A stretch of 64,000 nucleotides of DNA, from the NCBI RefSeq assembly GCF_009914755.1, contig NC_060926.1. One strand, 5' to 3'. The notes beneath the pieces were generated by a model. It saw only the letters and a program-made list of their open reading frames with translations. It did not search any database and was not told where the DNA came from. The position numbers and the translations under genes are program-made. The stretch comes from the human T2T-CHM13v2.0 reference genome, Homo sapiens. Each line of letters begins with the position of its first letter. Within the stretch, counting starts at the first letter, position 1. Shown here one piece after another: positions 40,540-54,155 of this stretch.

Positions 40540-42680
40540 ATTTATACTAGTGAGTGAAATTTCTGCTCTTTCAATTAGTGTATTTAGAACATTTATATGA
40601 AAGGTAGTATCACTATGTTAATGCCTAAGTTTTCCATTTTATTATCATATTTTCTTTGCTTCCCCTGATTTTTCTTTTGTTGTCTTTCTGTGGGTTACCC
40701 TTGACCTATATATAATGTTTTTCTATGTATCTTTTTGTATAGTTCAGTAGCAGTTTCTCTACATACAGCAATATACAACAAATAGAACATAACAGTCCCC
40801 TGCTATCAACATGTTACCCTGACATGAGTCTACTGCCATCTACGTTTTACTACTTCGAGTGAAGTGTGGAAATTTTACTTCCACTTAGGTCCCTTTAGCT
40901 TCTCCTCTTTTAAATATATTTTTAATCAAATAATATTATTTTAATTTCTATGGTCAAATATGATTTTTTAAACTCAAGGGGGAAAGGTTAGTCTATTGTG
41001 TGTCCCCATATTATTGTTTTCTGTCTTTCCTTCTTCATTCCAGATGCTTCAAGATTCTTTCTCTTATCAATTCCACCCCTCCCCATCCCCCAGAACCTAC
41101 TTTTTTCTTTTTCGAAGAACTTCCTGCAGCCAACCATTGAGGACAGGTTTGCTGGCAACAAATCCTTTTACTCTTCCTTCATCTGAGAACGCTTTTATTT
41201 CTCCATTCCTGAAGGATAGTTTCACTACATAAAGAAATCTATGTCTTCTCTTTCAGCACTTGAAAAATATTGTGCCAGTTACTTATAACTCCATGGTTTT
41301 TGTTGAGAAATCTGCTTTCAGTCGAGTTAGTGTTCCCCTATCTGTGCCATTTCTCTCTAACGGCTTTCAAAATATTTGTCAGATAATCCCAATATCTGAT
41401 TCATCTCACTGACTTTCTCAATAGGCTTCGTTTCATTCAAGTAGGGATTTTCCTGGTTCTTGGTACATTGGGTAATTGTATTTTTTTCTTATATCCTGGA
41501 TACTTTGTCTATTATGTTAGTAGACTCTGGGTGCCGTTTATTAATTTATTGTCCTTTTTTGAGCTGTAAGTGACAAATAAAAATTATATATATGTATAAT
41601 AACTATTTTTAGTGTTTAATTTTTAAAATTTATTTCAAAGTGTACATACTTTATTCTGTTACCAAATGGTATTGAATTAGTCAACTTGCTTTTTAACTTA
41701 ACAATATATTATGAACATTATTCAACATCAACAAATTTAATTCCAAAGCATTGTTTTTAATTATTGCATAACATTTCAGTATATAAATGGTATCCTGCTA
41801 CATATAACCACTCTGCTGTTGCTTGACATTAAAATCGTTACCAGATTTTCATAATTACAATGATATTTTAGCACATTTATTGAAGTATAAAGGTATAATG
41901 TTTTAATATATGTACACGTTCAGAAATAACTATCAAAATCAAGCTATTTAACATATCTATCATCTGGGTGTTATTTAGATCTTTTATATTATCAGGCAGT
42001 TGCACCATTTAGGTTACCTTTTTGAAGAATTTCCTACAACCAACCATTGAGGACAGGTTTGCTGGCAACAAACCTGTTGATTTGTTGGTTTTAACCTGCT
42101 TTTATGGGCTGTAGTTCCCGTGACTAATGAATCTTTGGAGCCTTTGAGACATTGTTTTCATGTAGTTGGTTCACTGGGCGCCTCTGAGGCTCCCACTGCT
42201 CCCTACTTGTGTGGCCTGTGGGAGTGGATGTGGTCTCCCCAGGTTGTACCACCAGATGTCTTTCTATGGGGGAAGGATGTTTCTTGATGCTAGGATCTTG
42301 CCTAGAGCTGTCATTCCCCGACTCCTCTCCCTCCCACTGCTTCAGTTTCTCTAGGTAGAGAAAAGTCTTGTTACCCTGGAGACAAAGAGGCTTCCCTAGC
42401 TAGGCTGCTTGCTGTACTTTGGACCCTATTTGCCATTTCACTTTTCCGCCTCCTCTCTCAGCAGGACAGGGAATCTCAGTGAAAGAGAATGCTTTCCTGC
42501 TGCTTATTATGAGCAGGGGTCTCAATCAATCTTTCCTTGCTAGTGGTGTTGGTGTCACCTGATTGTTGTCAGAGAGACAGTTGTTAGATTGGATGTGTGG
42601 GGGTGGGGGGCAGCAACGGCATAGGGATGGATAAACCTGCCTGGACCATCATTTGTTGCTGGGTTGTGTCACAGAAAGTG
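40540..42680 (-). mobile_element. Ancient L1 (L1M) 5'/ORF1-region fragments with a nested short L1MA 3' end at 41541-41962
   Basis: T-rich antisense L1 'gctggcaacaaatcctt...tttatttctccattcctgaaggatagtttcact...tctttcagcacttgaaaa'. The nested piece is flanked by a degenerate TSD tctgggtgccgttta (41526-41540) / tctgggtgttattta (41963-41977). Confidence 0.7.
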
Positions 42681-42729
42681 CCATGTTTTGGTGGCTTTCT
42701 TTGGGTGGGGGATATAAGACACACTGCTA

Positions 42730-43132
42730 ATGTGTTGTTCCTCGAGATGGCTTTGACCGATACAATTTGGTAGAAGAAACACTGTGCCAGTTTCTAAGCC
42801 AAGGTCCTCAGAGATAGGAATTTTTCTATTTCTTAGAGCATGTCTCCTGCATGAAGTCGGCATAGTGTAAGTCTGACTACCCTGAGACTGCAGACAACAG
42901 GAAGCCCAGGGTAATGTGGAGAGGTCATATAGTGAGAGGATTCATCAGATCACAGTGTCAGTGAGGATGCCTTAAGATGCTTCCAAACCCAGTCGCCATC
43001 TGACTGCAACGTATGAGTGACTTTAAACAAGAACTGTACAGCCAATTCCTAGAACAACAAAGGATAATAATAATTATTTCAAACCACTAAATTCTGTGGC
43101 AGTATGTTATACAGTAATAGATAAACAGAACA
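42730..43132 (+). mobile_element. MLT1 (F/G-like) LTR fragment
   Basis: 'ctgactaccctgagactgc...ccatctgactgcaac...aaccactaaatt...tgttatacagtaatagataaacagaaca'. Confidence 0.7.
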
Positions 43133-46100
43133 TATATGCAATATATTATTTTGCTGATCTTATAAACTAATTTTGAAATTTTATTTTTTGGATCTCTGCA
43201 TTGCATTTGCTTTTTCAGAGTTCTGTTTTTTCTTTCTGCTTTCATCATTAGAAATTTTCCTCATGTGTTTGTCCATCCTGAATCAAGAGCAAAACTCTAT
43301 AATCAGATGGGAACTTCTATGAGATGGGAGGGGCTTGCTGATGGATGGGTTTCTCTAAAAGGGTTTTGAACAACTCCCCTGTGGTGCTGGGAGTCTCAGA
43401 GTCCACATTTTCCCTGGTTAAGGGTCTCTAGAGAATAAACCTTTGTTCTCAGCTATGGTGGGAACATGAGACCTAAGGTTCTAAGTGTTTTTATTCAGAC
43501 TTTAAATCATCCCTCCTTTTCAGTCTTAACCTTAGCCATGCCTGCCTAACTTCCTAGTGTCTCTGGCTCCTGTAGCTTCACAAGGTTAGTTCTGGAAAGT
43601 TCCATGTTTCTCTTTTGCATTCTGTTCTGCTACACTATTTACCCACCACCTTTCTTTTACATTTTCCAAAAAAGTGAGAATATCATTCCTCAGTTGTCAC
43701 CTATCCTATCCTCTTAGCTTATGTGAATGTATATATTTTTTGCTCTTTTGCTACAATTTTAGTGAGTTTTCTGAAGAAAGTGGAGATCAATGTATGTATT
43801 CAGTTCACTGCATTTAATCAAAAATTCTCTATCAATGTTTATTTATATCAGAATATAAATAAATGTGCTTTTAAACTTAACTTACATAAGGGATTACGTT
43901 CTAAAAATTATGTTTTAGACCTTAGATGAAATAAAAAATATATGATGTTATTGACTGAATATAATTGAGGAAATATGGGCAAGGATAAAATAAGTAGAGA
44001 ATCCAAAGCTAAGGATAATATGTGAAATGCATATATATGCCAGTTAAAGGTAACACTGAACTTTCCTGAACCCACTATAAAGAGTGAAAGAAGATCAAAA
44101 CATGAATAAAAAATAAAGACAAACTAATGGCTAGCAACATAACTCTTTCTATTCATGATACCTAAGAGATATTTACATCATGTCTTCTTTGAAAAGAAGA
44201 CTAACATTTTAAATATTATCATCAATAAAGCCTCTAAAAGTAAATAAAATAATAGAGGCCAGTTCATATAATAATTCTCAAGGTAAGCCAATAATGTAAT
44301 TCAATTAAGTTAATGCTAGTATATATACAGCACATGATATCAATTGGAGGACATCTATGAATCATGACATTTCATGACATAATGAGAGGAATGTTGCCAG
44401 ATGGATGAATAATAATAGCTTTTGACTTGACTATGAAAAATAATGTAATAGTCACTTTTTATTATTGCTATTAATAGTATGTATTAAAAATAATTTTATT
44501 AACGTGTGTTAATAATATGTCTTTAATCTGTATGTAAAAGTGTACCTTTCCCTAAAATACAGATCAATGTTAATTTATTGAGCTTGTTATGTCTTAAACA
44601 AAATCAAACATTCTGAAAACTACAGAAAGTATAAGCTAGTTTATTTATATTCAACATGAGGTAAAGTCAACTCTTCATTTTGTCTGAAAAATAACTGGTA
44701 AATCTTTTATGCACACATTTATTGTTAGCGTCAGATAAAATTGTTTCAGAGACACTTTGGAGAATCAGAACACAAAAGACCTAAGTTCTGCCCTTGCTTC
44801 TGACAATAGCTTTTTGTGTGATGTTGAACAAGCATCTTGATTTCATCCTTTGTAAGAGAAACGATGTAAACAATTTTAAAATATTATGTGAGTCTGTATT
44901 ATAAGACTTATGTATGACGACGATATTTTCCACATATAGAATGATATTAAAAACCCTTTGTTTCCTCAGGAAATCATTGCAAAGGGTTTAATTGGTACAT
45001 AGTCTCCTGTTATGCAGCATATATGGAGTGAAAACTTGACAGGACATTGTGAAGGACAGCATGACCAGTATGTTAAGTTTATCTCTGGCTCTGAGCCAGA
45101 AAAACAATAAAATAATAGCCATTAAACATTTCATCTAGTAAATGCACCTATCTGTCATGCAGTGATCCCACACTTGTCAGTATTGATGGACATAATGACC
45201 ATCAGTTCATTTCAATCTTTTAAGCCACTTTACTCCTGATCAGAGAACAGTACATGGATGTCACACAAGGGTCAACACTATGAAATTGCTTCTTCCAAAG
45301 GACATGGGTGGAGTGCAGAGCAAGAGAACTGAACTATCCTCAAAGGTGGTTAGCATCTCTTTCTCCCTCACTATACCCTCTGAAAGTATTTCATTGCTTG
45401 GTACAAATGGCAAAGAAAAAAAAAAATATTGAATGAAAAATGACATTGAATGAAAGGAACCAATATTCTTAGTCAAATGGGGTAATTGTTTATGCTGGTT
45501 TGTATTATTTAGACTAGATTGAAGGGGCTCCTAAATAACTCCTTTGATTGTCTCTCTGAAGAAGTTTTTCAGATAGAAGGTGGCTTTCTAAGGAAGGCCT
45601 AAAGATTGATGGATGAAAAGAAAGTTTAGCTTGCATTGGACTTGTTATCATAGAAGATGCATTACACTACAGATAGATGGGACCGAGTTCTGTCAACCTG
45701 CCCATGTTGGCGACACTTAAAAATAGTGTGGCACTAAGCAAGTGATTTGTCTCCATTGGGTTTAACTTTCATCTCTGTAAAGTGGGAGAGTTACTGTGTG
45801 CTTATTAAGAGGAGAACTCTGTACTAGGGGAGTCCACGAATGAAACTTTTGATTTTTTTATATCTTACGATACATACCTGAATACTTTTTCTTACCAGTA
45901 ATATTTTGTGAAAATATTTTATCATACAAGTATTCATTTTAACAGAATGATAAAATGCAGAAAATTATTTTAAAAAGATACTCAGAATACTTGAATTCAA
46001 AAACAACTGTTTTTAGCATTTATTTTAATTTGTTTCAATGGATACATGATATTATAATGTGACCAAATGATATTAAATTAGTCAACTTGCTTTTTAACTT

Positions 46101-46273
46101 CATATATTATAAACATTATTCAACATCAACAAATTTAATTCCAAAACATTGCTTTTAACTATTGCATAATATTGCAGTATACAAATGATACCATGCTAAA
46201 TATAACCACTCTGCTGTTGCTTCACATTAAAATTGTTACTGGAATTTCATAATTATAATGATATTTCAGCACC

Positions 46274-47070
46274 TTTATTGAAATATAATTAACATACGAT
46301 AAGCCGCACATGTATAAAGCATACAAGATGGTAAATTTAGATATATGTACCTACACGTGAAGGTGCTACTACACTCAACATAATAAACATATACCTTACC
46401 CTTAGATGTTTCCTCATGAGTCTTGTTAATTTCTCCTGCCCTTCTCTGATCACCCCTCCCTCAACAGCCACTGATCTCCTTTCTGTCAATCAAGAATAGT
46501 TTTAATCTTGTAAAGTATTATAGAGACAGAATAGTACAGTATGTCCTTGCTATTACCTGGCTTCTTTCACCGGGGTGAGTATTTTGATATTCATCCATGT
46601 GATTGAGTGTAGCAGTTGTTCACTTATTTTTACTGCTGGATAGTATCCCTTTATGTGTACATGCTACATTTTCTTTTTGCCTTCCCTTGTTGAAGTACAT
46701 TGGTTATTTTCCAGTTTGGGCCTATTAAATATACAGTTGCTGCGACTCTCTGTGCACAAGTGTTTGTATGGATGTATGTTTCATCTCTTTTCTCTTAGGT
46801 AAATATCTAGGTGTAGAATGGCCAGATCATATGGTAGGTGTATGTTTAATCTTTTAGAGACAACTTGTGTCCCAAAGTGACTACCATTTTTCTACCAGCA
46901 GTGTATGAGTGCTCCAGTTGTACTACATGCTTGACAAACTTGATGTGATCAAACTTTCTAATTTTAACCATTCCAGTAGGTCTGTAGTAGTATCTCACTG
47001 GGGTTGTAATCCGCATTTCCCTGATGACTAACACTGTTGAACATCTTTGCACATACAGAACTTATTTGCC
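46274..47070 (-). mobile_element. Ancient L1 (L1MC/L1MD-type) 3' end
   Basis: 'tttattgaaatataattaacata...cagccactgatctcctttctgtca...'. ORF track 46846-47052 'RCSTVLVIREMRITTPVRYYY' is the ORF2 C-terminus. Confidence 0.85.
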
Positions 47071-47089
47071 ATAAAAATGACTTTTTAAG

Positions 47090-48740
47090 ATACTTATTTT
47101 AGTACAAGTTTGTGATAACGAATTCTTTGAGATTTTGTGCATCTGAAACAGTTTATTTCACATCTATTTTTGAAAATCCTTCTTGTATACAACTCTAGTT
47201 TACTATTTTATTAAGTAGTTAAAAGATACTGCCCAAATGTCTTCTTACTGCCATGGTTTCTGACTAAAAAGCCCCTTTCATTTCCACTTTTCCTTCCATA
47301 TGTCATGTGTCTCTTCCCACCTCTTTTACAATTTTCCCCTTGTCATGTTTTCTGAGCAGTCTGATTATAATGTGTCTTCGTATGGTTTTGCTCATATTTC
47401 TTGTAATTGGAGTTCATTTAGCTTATTGAGTCTTAGGCTTACAGTTTTCATCAAATCTGGGAATTTTTCAGCTATCATTTCTTCATTTTTTTCTGTCACT
47501 TTTCCCCCCATAGTTTGTTCCACAGCTCAATGAGTTTCTTTTCATTCATTTTTTTTCTCCCTGTGCTTCCTTTTTTGTAGTTTATATTATTGCCCTGGGT
47601 TGTTTTTTTTCAACTTCCGTGCTTCCAGTTAACTTTTGTACGTATGGAATGCAATTATAATACTTGCTTTAATGTCTTTCTGTAGTATTTTAACATCTGT
47701 GTCAATTCTGGGTTGGTTTTGCTCCTTAATATGGGTTATATTTTTCCTACTTCTTTGCATTGCCAGACATAGAGAACTTCATATTTTTGGGTAGGTACTG
47801 GCTATTTTTGCATTTCTATAAATATTATTTAGTTTTGAATTGGGATACAGTTAAATTATTTGAAAACAGGTTGATTTTTCTGGATCCTCTTTTAAGGTTT
47901 CTTTTTATAAAGGCATCATAGCTGTGGTTACCCTGTGACAAGTTATTCCTATCTTCTAAGTGGAGCTAGGACTAGGGTAAGACAAGTGAGGCATCTAGGG
48001 TGCAGATGCAAGGTGCTCCTGCTTGGGCTCCTGTAAGTCCTGCCTGGGCAGAAATGCCTACTTGAGATGGGGGCAGTAGGCTGCTGTATTTAAGGAGGCA
48101 CTTGCTCTGATGTGCCAGTCCTCACTTATATGAACTCAAAAGTGAGTGTCTCCTTAACTTTGCTCCCAGGCTGCCTTGCGTCTGTCTCCCGATTCCCATC
48201 CTGCTTTGTAGTACCCTGAGTATGAATTGTACCATATTCCCTCAGCCTGATGGGAACAGGTACTATTCCCATGCCTGTGTGAGCACCAGGCTCTACTCCC
48301 TGTGATTCCCTCAGCTGGTTCTTTCCCACTCTAAGCGGTTTCCTCACACATGTGCATCCATCAGTTCTCTGCAGAATACTCAATGCAGCCCCTCTGCAGC
48401 TGTTCAGAGTTCTTATTCTGTACATCTCTTTCCTCTCTGTCCTACACACTATAGCCAATTTCATCTCCTAAACCTGCTCTGTCTCCTCAATCAGGGTGAA
48501 CTCTGAGGTCTGCCTGGGTCACCCCTCCCTCTGCCACAGTATAGGGACCCTCCAAAGGCACTAAGAAAGGGCAATCAGAATGTTTTCATGATTTGCTTCT
48601 TATCTCTTAGTGATCATTATCTTCCATTGCCTGGTATCCAATGTCTTCAAAACCTAGTTTCATATATTTCCTCCATTATCTGTTGTTGTTAAGATGGGAG
48701 GGCAAATGTGGTCCTTGCTACTCCACCTCAGCTAGAAATA
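47090..48740 (-). mobile_element. Ancient L1 (L1MC/L1MD-type) 5' UTR/ORF1 region
   Basis: 'cagttttcatcaaatctgggaatttttcagctatcatttcttca' and 'gggaacaggtactattccc...cctgtgtgagcacc'. Confidence 0.7.
47961..48203. mobile_element. MER96-like hAT MITE
   Basis: 'ggactagggtaagacaagtgaggcatctagggtgca...tttaaggaggcact...agtgagtgtctccttaactttg' shows the palindromic MER96 organisation. Confidence 0.7.
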
Positions 48741-48849
48741 TATTACAAATAATGTCTAAAGTATGCATCTATGTTTATATAATTCTACATATTATTTTAG
48801 ATAGTAGAATTGTCGAGGTTTTTTTTTTTTTTTTTTATGGAGGGGATCT

Positions 48850-49930
48850 GTGGCCACTCTGAGTGTCTGCCATGCATAGAGCCCTTCTCTCAGCTAAGAT
48901 GAATATATGTTCCATATGCTGGGGTAGCCCCCCAAGGACTGGATGGGAGATTTGATAAAATTATTACTCAGACATAAATATTTGGAATAAGTCGTTGCTT
49001 ACTAAAATAATACAAAGACTGCATTCTTGGAAAATCGTATCAACTTATAGCAGGCTGGAAGATGTTAAGTGAGCAAGGTTTCCTGAGTCTATTCAGTTCC
49101 TCATGGGAGAGGGGGTTGGTGGTAATGTTAATTCTCCCTACCGAGAGTGAGGTCCAGCCAGTTCACAGGGAAACACAACTAAGGATTTGTCAAGCCTTTT
49201 TAAAATATGTGACCACTTTACTCTGAATTAGAAGCATAACCACCTTTTACGGCTGTAAAAAGGGCTTTTAGCAAGCACAAGAGCACTGCCATCCATATCT
49301 GATAGGCAACTTCAAGACATAAGATGTTTACTCTGCCACGGGCACAAACTGGCCATGTTGACTGCAGATAATGCAGCAATGAACAAGCATCACGCAAGTG
49401 TAGTCACATTGCAGCAGTGAAGTAATGATGACCCCTTGGATGTGCCCAAAGAGTTCAAGGCATAGGACAGCCAGAAGAGATGATGCTGGTCATACGAAAT
49501 TTGTCCGGGAAAGCAGGACTTACCTGAAAGGTGCCACCTGGAGCGTGCTCAGCAGTTTATGTAGTCACTAGTTAAAAGAAAAGTGCTCCATGTAGGCTTA
49601 GATAGTTCAGGGTGATGGGTCACACCAGTTAGATTGTCTCTTAGGGAGTTTGAATCGGAGGCACTCACCAGAGAGTCGTTAGCAGCAGGTGTAGCAGACA
49701 CAGAGGCAGAGAGTAACTGGGTCAGCACAAGACTCAGCATGAGAGCAGGAGCAAAGCAGTCCCACTGCTGTGTGGATGGAGCAATAATACGGGAACTGGA
49801 ACTGTGGCTGCTGTGGACTTAGCTTTAATTACCCCTGGCTGGGTGGTGGCTGAAGCTATGTGCAATACAGATGAAGTGCTTTGTGTTCCTGTGTGTCTTG
49901 TAATAAATGTTAAAAGTCCCTAATGTTCAT
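48850..49930 (+). mobile_element. Probable ancient LTR element, family not resolved
   Basis: GC-richer ~1 kb block starting 'tgtggcc', with AATAAA near its 3' end (~49902). LTR-like organisation only. Confidence 0.3.
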
Positions 49931-50149
49931 GGTGGTGTGCTTATTTACCTTATGATATTTATGAGTTTAACACCAGCTCTTTCTCTTCATCCTCTCAGGC
50001 TGCATCATATTTCTCAGTTCATGGTACACAATCACCTTATGTCCATATCACATGACTTTCTTGAATTTTCTCTCCTTTACCTTGATCTCCATCCCTATTC
50101 CTCCGCTATTTCACTGGCACTTAATGTGTTGAGCATAAGCCTGTAGACA

Positions 50150-50760
50150 TATCCATCACTTGTAAAATAAATAATGTTGTTTTTTGCATTTATTATTAAC
50201 TTATCTCAATGATATTGAAGGACATCTTCTATTTGTCAATTTTTCATCCATCATTCTGTTTGAGGAAAATAAATGTCACGTTATGTAAGTTTAGATTTTT
50301 GCTTCTAAATGCTACATGATCATCCACAGTATTCCTTGTAACGACCTTATATCCAGTCTCTACATTGCCTTCAGCTCTCCGTAAACATAATGCTTTAATA
50401 AATACTTTTGTTCAGGTTGCATTATAAACTTCCAGTGCATAATTGTGATTTATTTTCAGAAGTGGAATTGTTGGGCCATAGGTTATGAGCAATTGACAAA
50501 ATGTGCTCTCGAATGGCAGTATCAAATTTCTCTTCCATCAGCTTTGCACAGATGTTCTCGGTTCTCCCTATCCTCACAGACTCTAGCAACACTGGTCTTT
50601 ATAATTCTTACTAATCTTATTGCAATAATGTGGCATCTCATCATATTAGCGAACTTTTCTCTCATTCTTAGTTGATTTTTTAAAAAACACTCCATGTCCT
50701 TGTTACTTATTTGGATTTTCCCTTTTTTGGAACTGCTATTAAAATGTCCTTTTTTAAAAT
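50150..50760 (-). mobile_element. Ancient L1 (L1ME-type) ORF2 C-terminal/3' fragment
   Basis: 'agaagtggaattgttgggccatagg', 'tgtggcatctcatc'. Degenerate '[10 protein letters not shown]' in the ORF track. Confidence 0.65.
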
Positions 50761-53700
50761 CTGGATTTGGTATTAGGGTGATGCTGGCTTCATAGTATGA
50801 ATTAGGGAGGGTTCCTTCTTTCTCTATCCTGTGGAATAGTGTCAATAGGATTGGTACCAATTCTTCTTTGAATGTCTGGTAGAATTCTGCTGTGAATCCA
50901 TCTGGTCCTGGACTTTTATGGTGGTAATTTTTTAATTACCATTTCAATCTTGCTACTTGCTTTTGGTCCATTTGGGGTATCTAATTCTTCCTGATTAAGC
51001 TAGGAGGGTTGTATTTTTCCAGGCATTTCTCCATCTCTTCCAGGTTTTCTAGTTTACGTGTGTAAAGGTGTTGATAGTAGCCTTGAATGATCTTTGGTAT
51101 TTCAGTGGTGTCTGTTGTAATATCTCCTTTTTCATTTCTCGATGAGGTTATTTGGATTTTCTCTCTTCTTTTCTTGGTTAACCTTGCTAATGCTCTATCA
51201 ATTTTATTTATCTTTTCAAAGAACCAGCTTTTTGTTTCATTTATCTTTTGTATTCTTTTCTGGTTTCAATTTCATTTAGTTCTGCTCTGATCTTGGTTAT
51301 TTCCTTTCTTCTGCTGGGATTGGGCTTGGTTTGTTCTTGTTTCTCTAGTTCCTTGAGGTATGACCTTAGAATGTCAGTTTGTTCCCTTTCGGTATTTTTG
51401 CTGTAGGTGTTTAGGGCTATGAACTTTCCTTTTAGCACTGCCTTTGCTGTATCCCAGAGGGTTTGATAAGTTGTGTCATTACTGTCATTCAGTTCAAAAT
51501 ATTTTTTAATTTCCATCTTGACTTTGTTTTTGACTCAATGCTCATTCAGGAGCAGGTTACTTAATTTCCATGTATTTGCATGATTGTGAAGGTTCCTTTT
51601 GGATTTGGTTTCCAGTTTTATTCCACTGTGGTGTGAGAGAGTGCTTGATATAATTTCAATTTTTTAAAATTTATTGAGGCTAGTTTTATAGCCTATCATA
51701 TGGTCTGTCTTGGAGAAAGTTCCATGTGGTGTTGAATAGAATGTGTATTCTGTGGTTTTTGGATGAAATGTTCTGTATATATCTGTTAAGCCCATTTGTT
51801 CCAAGGTATAGTTTAAATCCATTGTTTCTTTGTTGACTTTCTCTCTTGATGACCTGTCTAGTGCTGTCAGTGGAGTATTGAAGTCCCCCATTATCTCATT
51901 TCTTAGGTCTATTAGTAATTGTTTTATAAATTTGGGGGCACCAGTGTTAGAAGCATGTGTTTAGGATTGTGATATTTTCCCGTTGGACCAGGCCTTTTAC
52001 CATTATAATGTCCTTCTTTGTCTCTTTTCACTGCTATTGTTTTAAAGCCTGTTTTGTCTGATATAAGAATACCTACCCCTGCTCACTTTTGGTGTCCATT
52101 TGCATGAAATGTCTTTTTCCACCACTTTACTTTAAGTTTATGTGAGTCCTTATGTGTTAGGTGAGTCCCCTAAAGACAGCAGATGGTTGGTTGGTGAACT
52201 CTTATCCATTCTGCGGTTCTGTATCTTTTGAGTGGAGCATTTAGGCCATTTACATTCAATGTTAGTATTGAGATGTGAGATACCATTGCATTCATTGTGC
52301 TATTTATTGTCTGTGTACTTTGTTTTTTTGTTGTTTTTTATCTTGTATTTTTGTTTCATAGGTCCTGTTTGATTTATGCTTTAAAGATGTTCTGTTTTGA
52401 TGTGTTTCCAGGATTTGTTTCAAGATTTAGAGCTCCTTTTAGCAGTTCTTATAGTGGTGACTTGGTAGTGGTAAACTCTCTCAGCATTTGTTTGTCTAAG
52501 AAGACTGTATCTTTCCTTCATATATGATGCTTAGTTTTGCTGGATACAAAATTCTTGCCTGATAATTTGTTTTGTTTAAGGAGGCTGAAAATAGGGCCCC
52601 AATCCCTCCTAGCTTGTAAGGTTTCTGCTGAGAAATCTGCTGCTGATCTGATAGCTTTTCCTTTACAGGTTGCCTGGTGCTTCTGTCTCACTGCTTTTAA
52701 GATTTTTTCCCTTGTCTTAACTTTGAATAATCTGATGACAATGTGCCTAGGAGATGATCTTATTGCAATGAATTTCCCAGGTGTTCTTTGTGCTTCTTAA
52801 GTTTGGTTGCCTAGGTCTCTAGCAAGGCCAGGGAAGTTTTCTTTGATTATTCTCCCAAATATGTTTTCTAAGCTTTTAGAATTCTCTTATTCCTCAGGAA
52901 CACCAATTATTCTTAGGGTTGGTTGTTTAATGTAATCCCAGACTTCTTGGAGGCTTTGTTCATATTTTCTTATTCTTTTCTCTTTGTTTTTGATAGAGTG
53001 GGTTAATTCAAAGACCTTGTCTTCAAGCTCTGAATTTCTTTCTTTTACTTTTTCAATTCCATTGCTGAGACTTTCCAGAGCATTTTGCATTTCTGTAAGT
53101 GTGTCCAGTGTTTCCTGAATTTTTTATTGTTTTTTCTTTAAGCTATCTATTTCCTTGAATATTTCTCCCTTCACTTCTTATATCGTTTTTTGGATTTCCT
53201 TGCATTGGGCTTCGCCTTTCTCTGGTGCCTCCCTGATTAGCTTAATAACTAACCTCCTGAATTATTTTTTGGGTAGATTAGGGATTTCTTCTTGGTTTGG
53301 ATCCATTGCTGTCGAACTAGTGTGATTTTCGTGGGGTGTTAAAGAACCTTGTTTTTTCATATTACCAGAGTTGGTTTTCTGGTTCCTTCTTATTAGGGTG
53401 GACTCTGTCAGAGGGAAGGTCTAGGGCTGGAGGCTGTTGTTCAGATTCTTTTGTCCCATGGGGTGTTCCCTTGATGTATACTCTCCCCCTTTTCCTATGG
53501 ATGTGGCTTCCTTCGAGCTGAACTGCAGTGATTGTTGTCTCTCTTCTGGGTCTAGCCACCCAGCAAGTCTACCTGGCCCCAGGCTGGTACTGGGGGTTGT
53601 CTGCATAGAGTCCAGTGATGTGAACTATCTATGGGTCTATCAGCTGTGGATAGCAGTGCCTGTTCCAATGGATGTGGCAGGGGGGTGCAATGGACTCCGT

Positions 53701-54150
53701 GAGGTTTCTTACCTTTGGTGGTTTAATGCTGTATTTTTGTGCTGGTTGGCCTTCTGCTGGGAGGTGGTGCTTTCCATAAAGCATCAGCTATGGTAGTTTG
53801 GAGAGAAACTGGTGGTGAGCGGGGCCCTAGCACTACCAAGATTATATGACCTTTGTGTTCAGCTAACAGGGTGGATAGGGAAGGACCATCGGGCAGGAAC
53901 AGAGCTAGGTGTGTCTGAGCTTAGACTCTCCTTGGCCAAGTCTTGCTGCAGCTGAGTATCTGGGGCATCTCCCAAGTCCTGCAAGAGCAGTCCGCTTCTT
54001 TCAGAGGATCTGTGGGTCCTCTCGGGATTGCTGGTTTGTTCTTGCAGTTGATCTGGAGCTAAAATTCACAGTGTGAGCCTCTGAACGCTGCTCTGTCCGT
54101 CCAAATCGGAGCTGCAATCTAGTCCTGCCTCCCGTCTTCCATGATGATCC
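50761..54150 (-). mobile_element. L1PB (L1PBa-type 5' end) 5' half: 5'UTR, ORF1 and ORF2 EN to pre-RT; 3' half missing
   Basis: Minus-strand start 'catggaagacgggaggcaggactagattgcagctcc'. ORF track remnants 'EQSLQEVWDYIKQPTLRIIGVPEE' (ORF1), 'GDFNTPLTALDRSSR', '[17 protein letters not shown]', '[19 protein letters not shown]'. Confidence 0.9.
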
Positions 54151-54155
54151 AGCCA

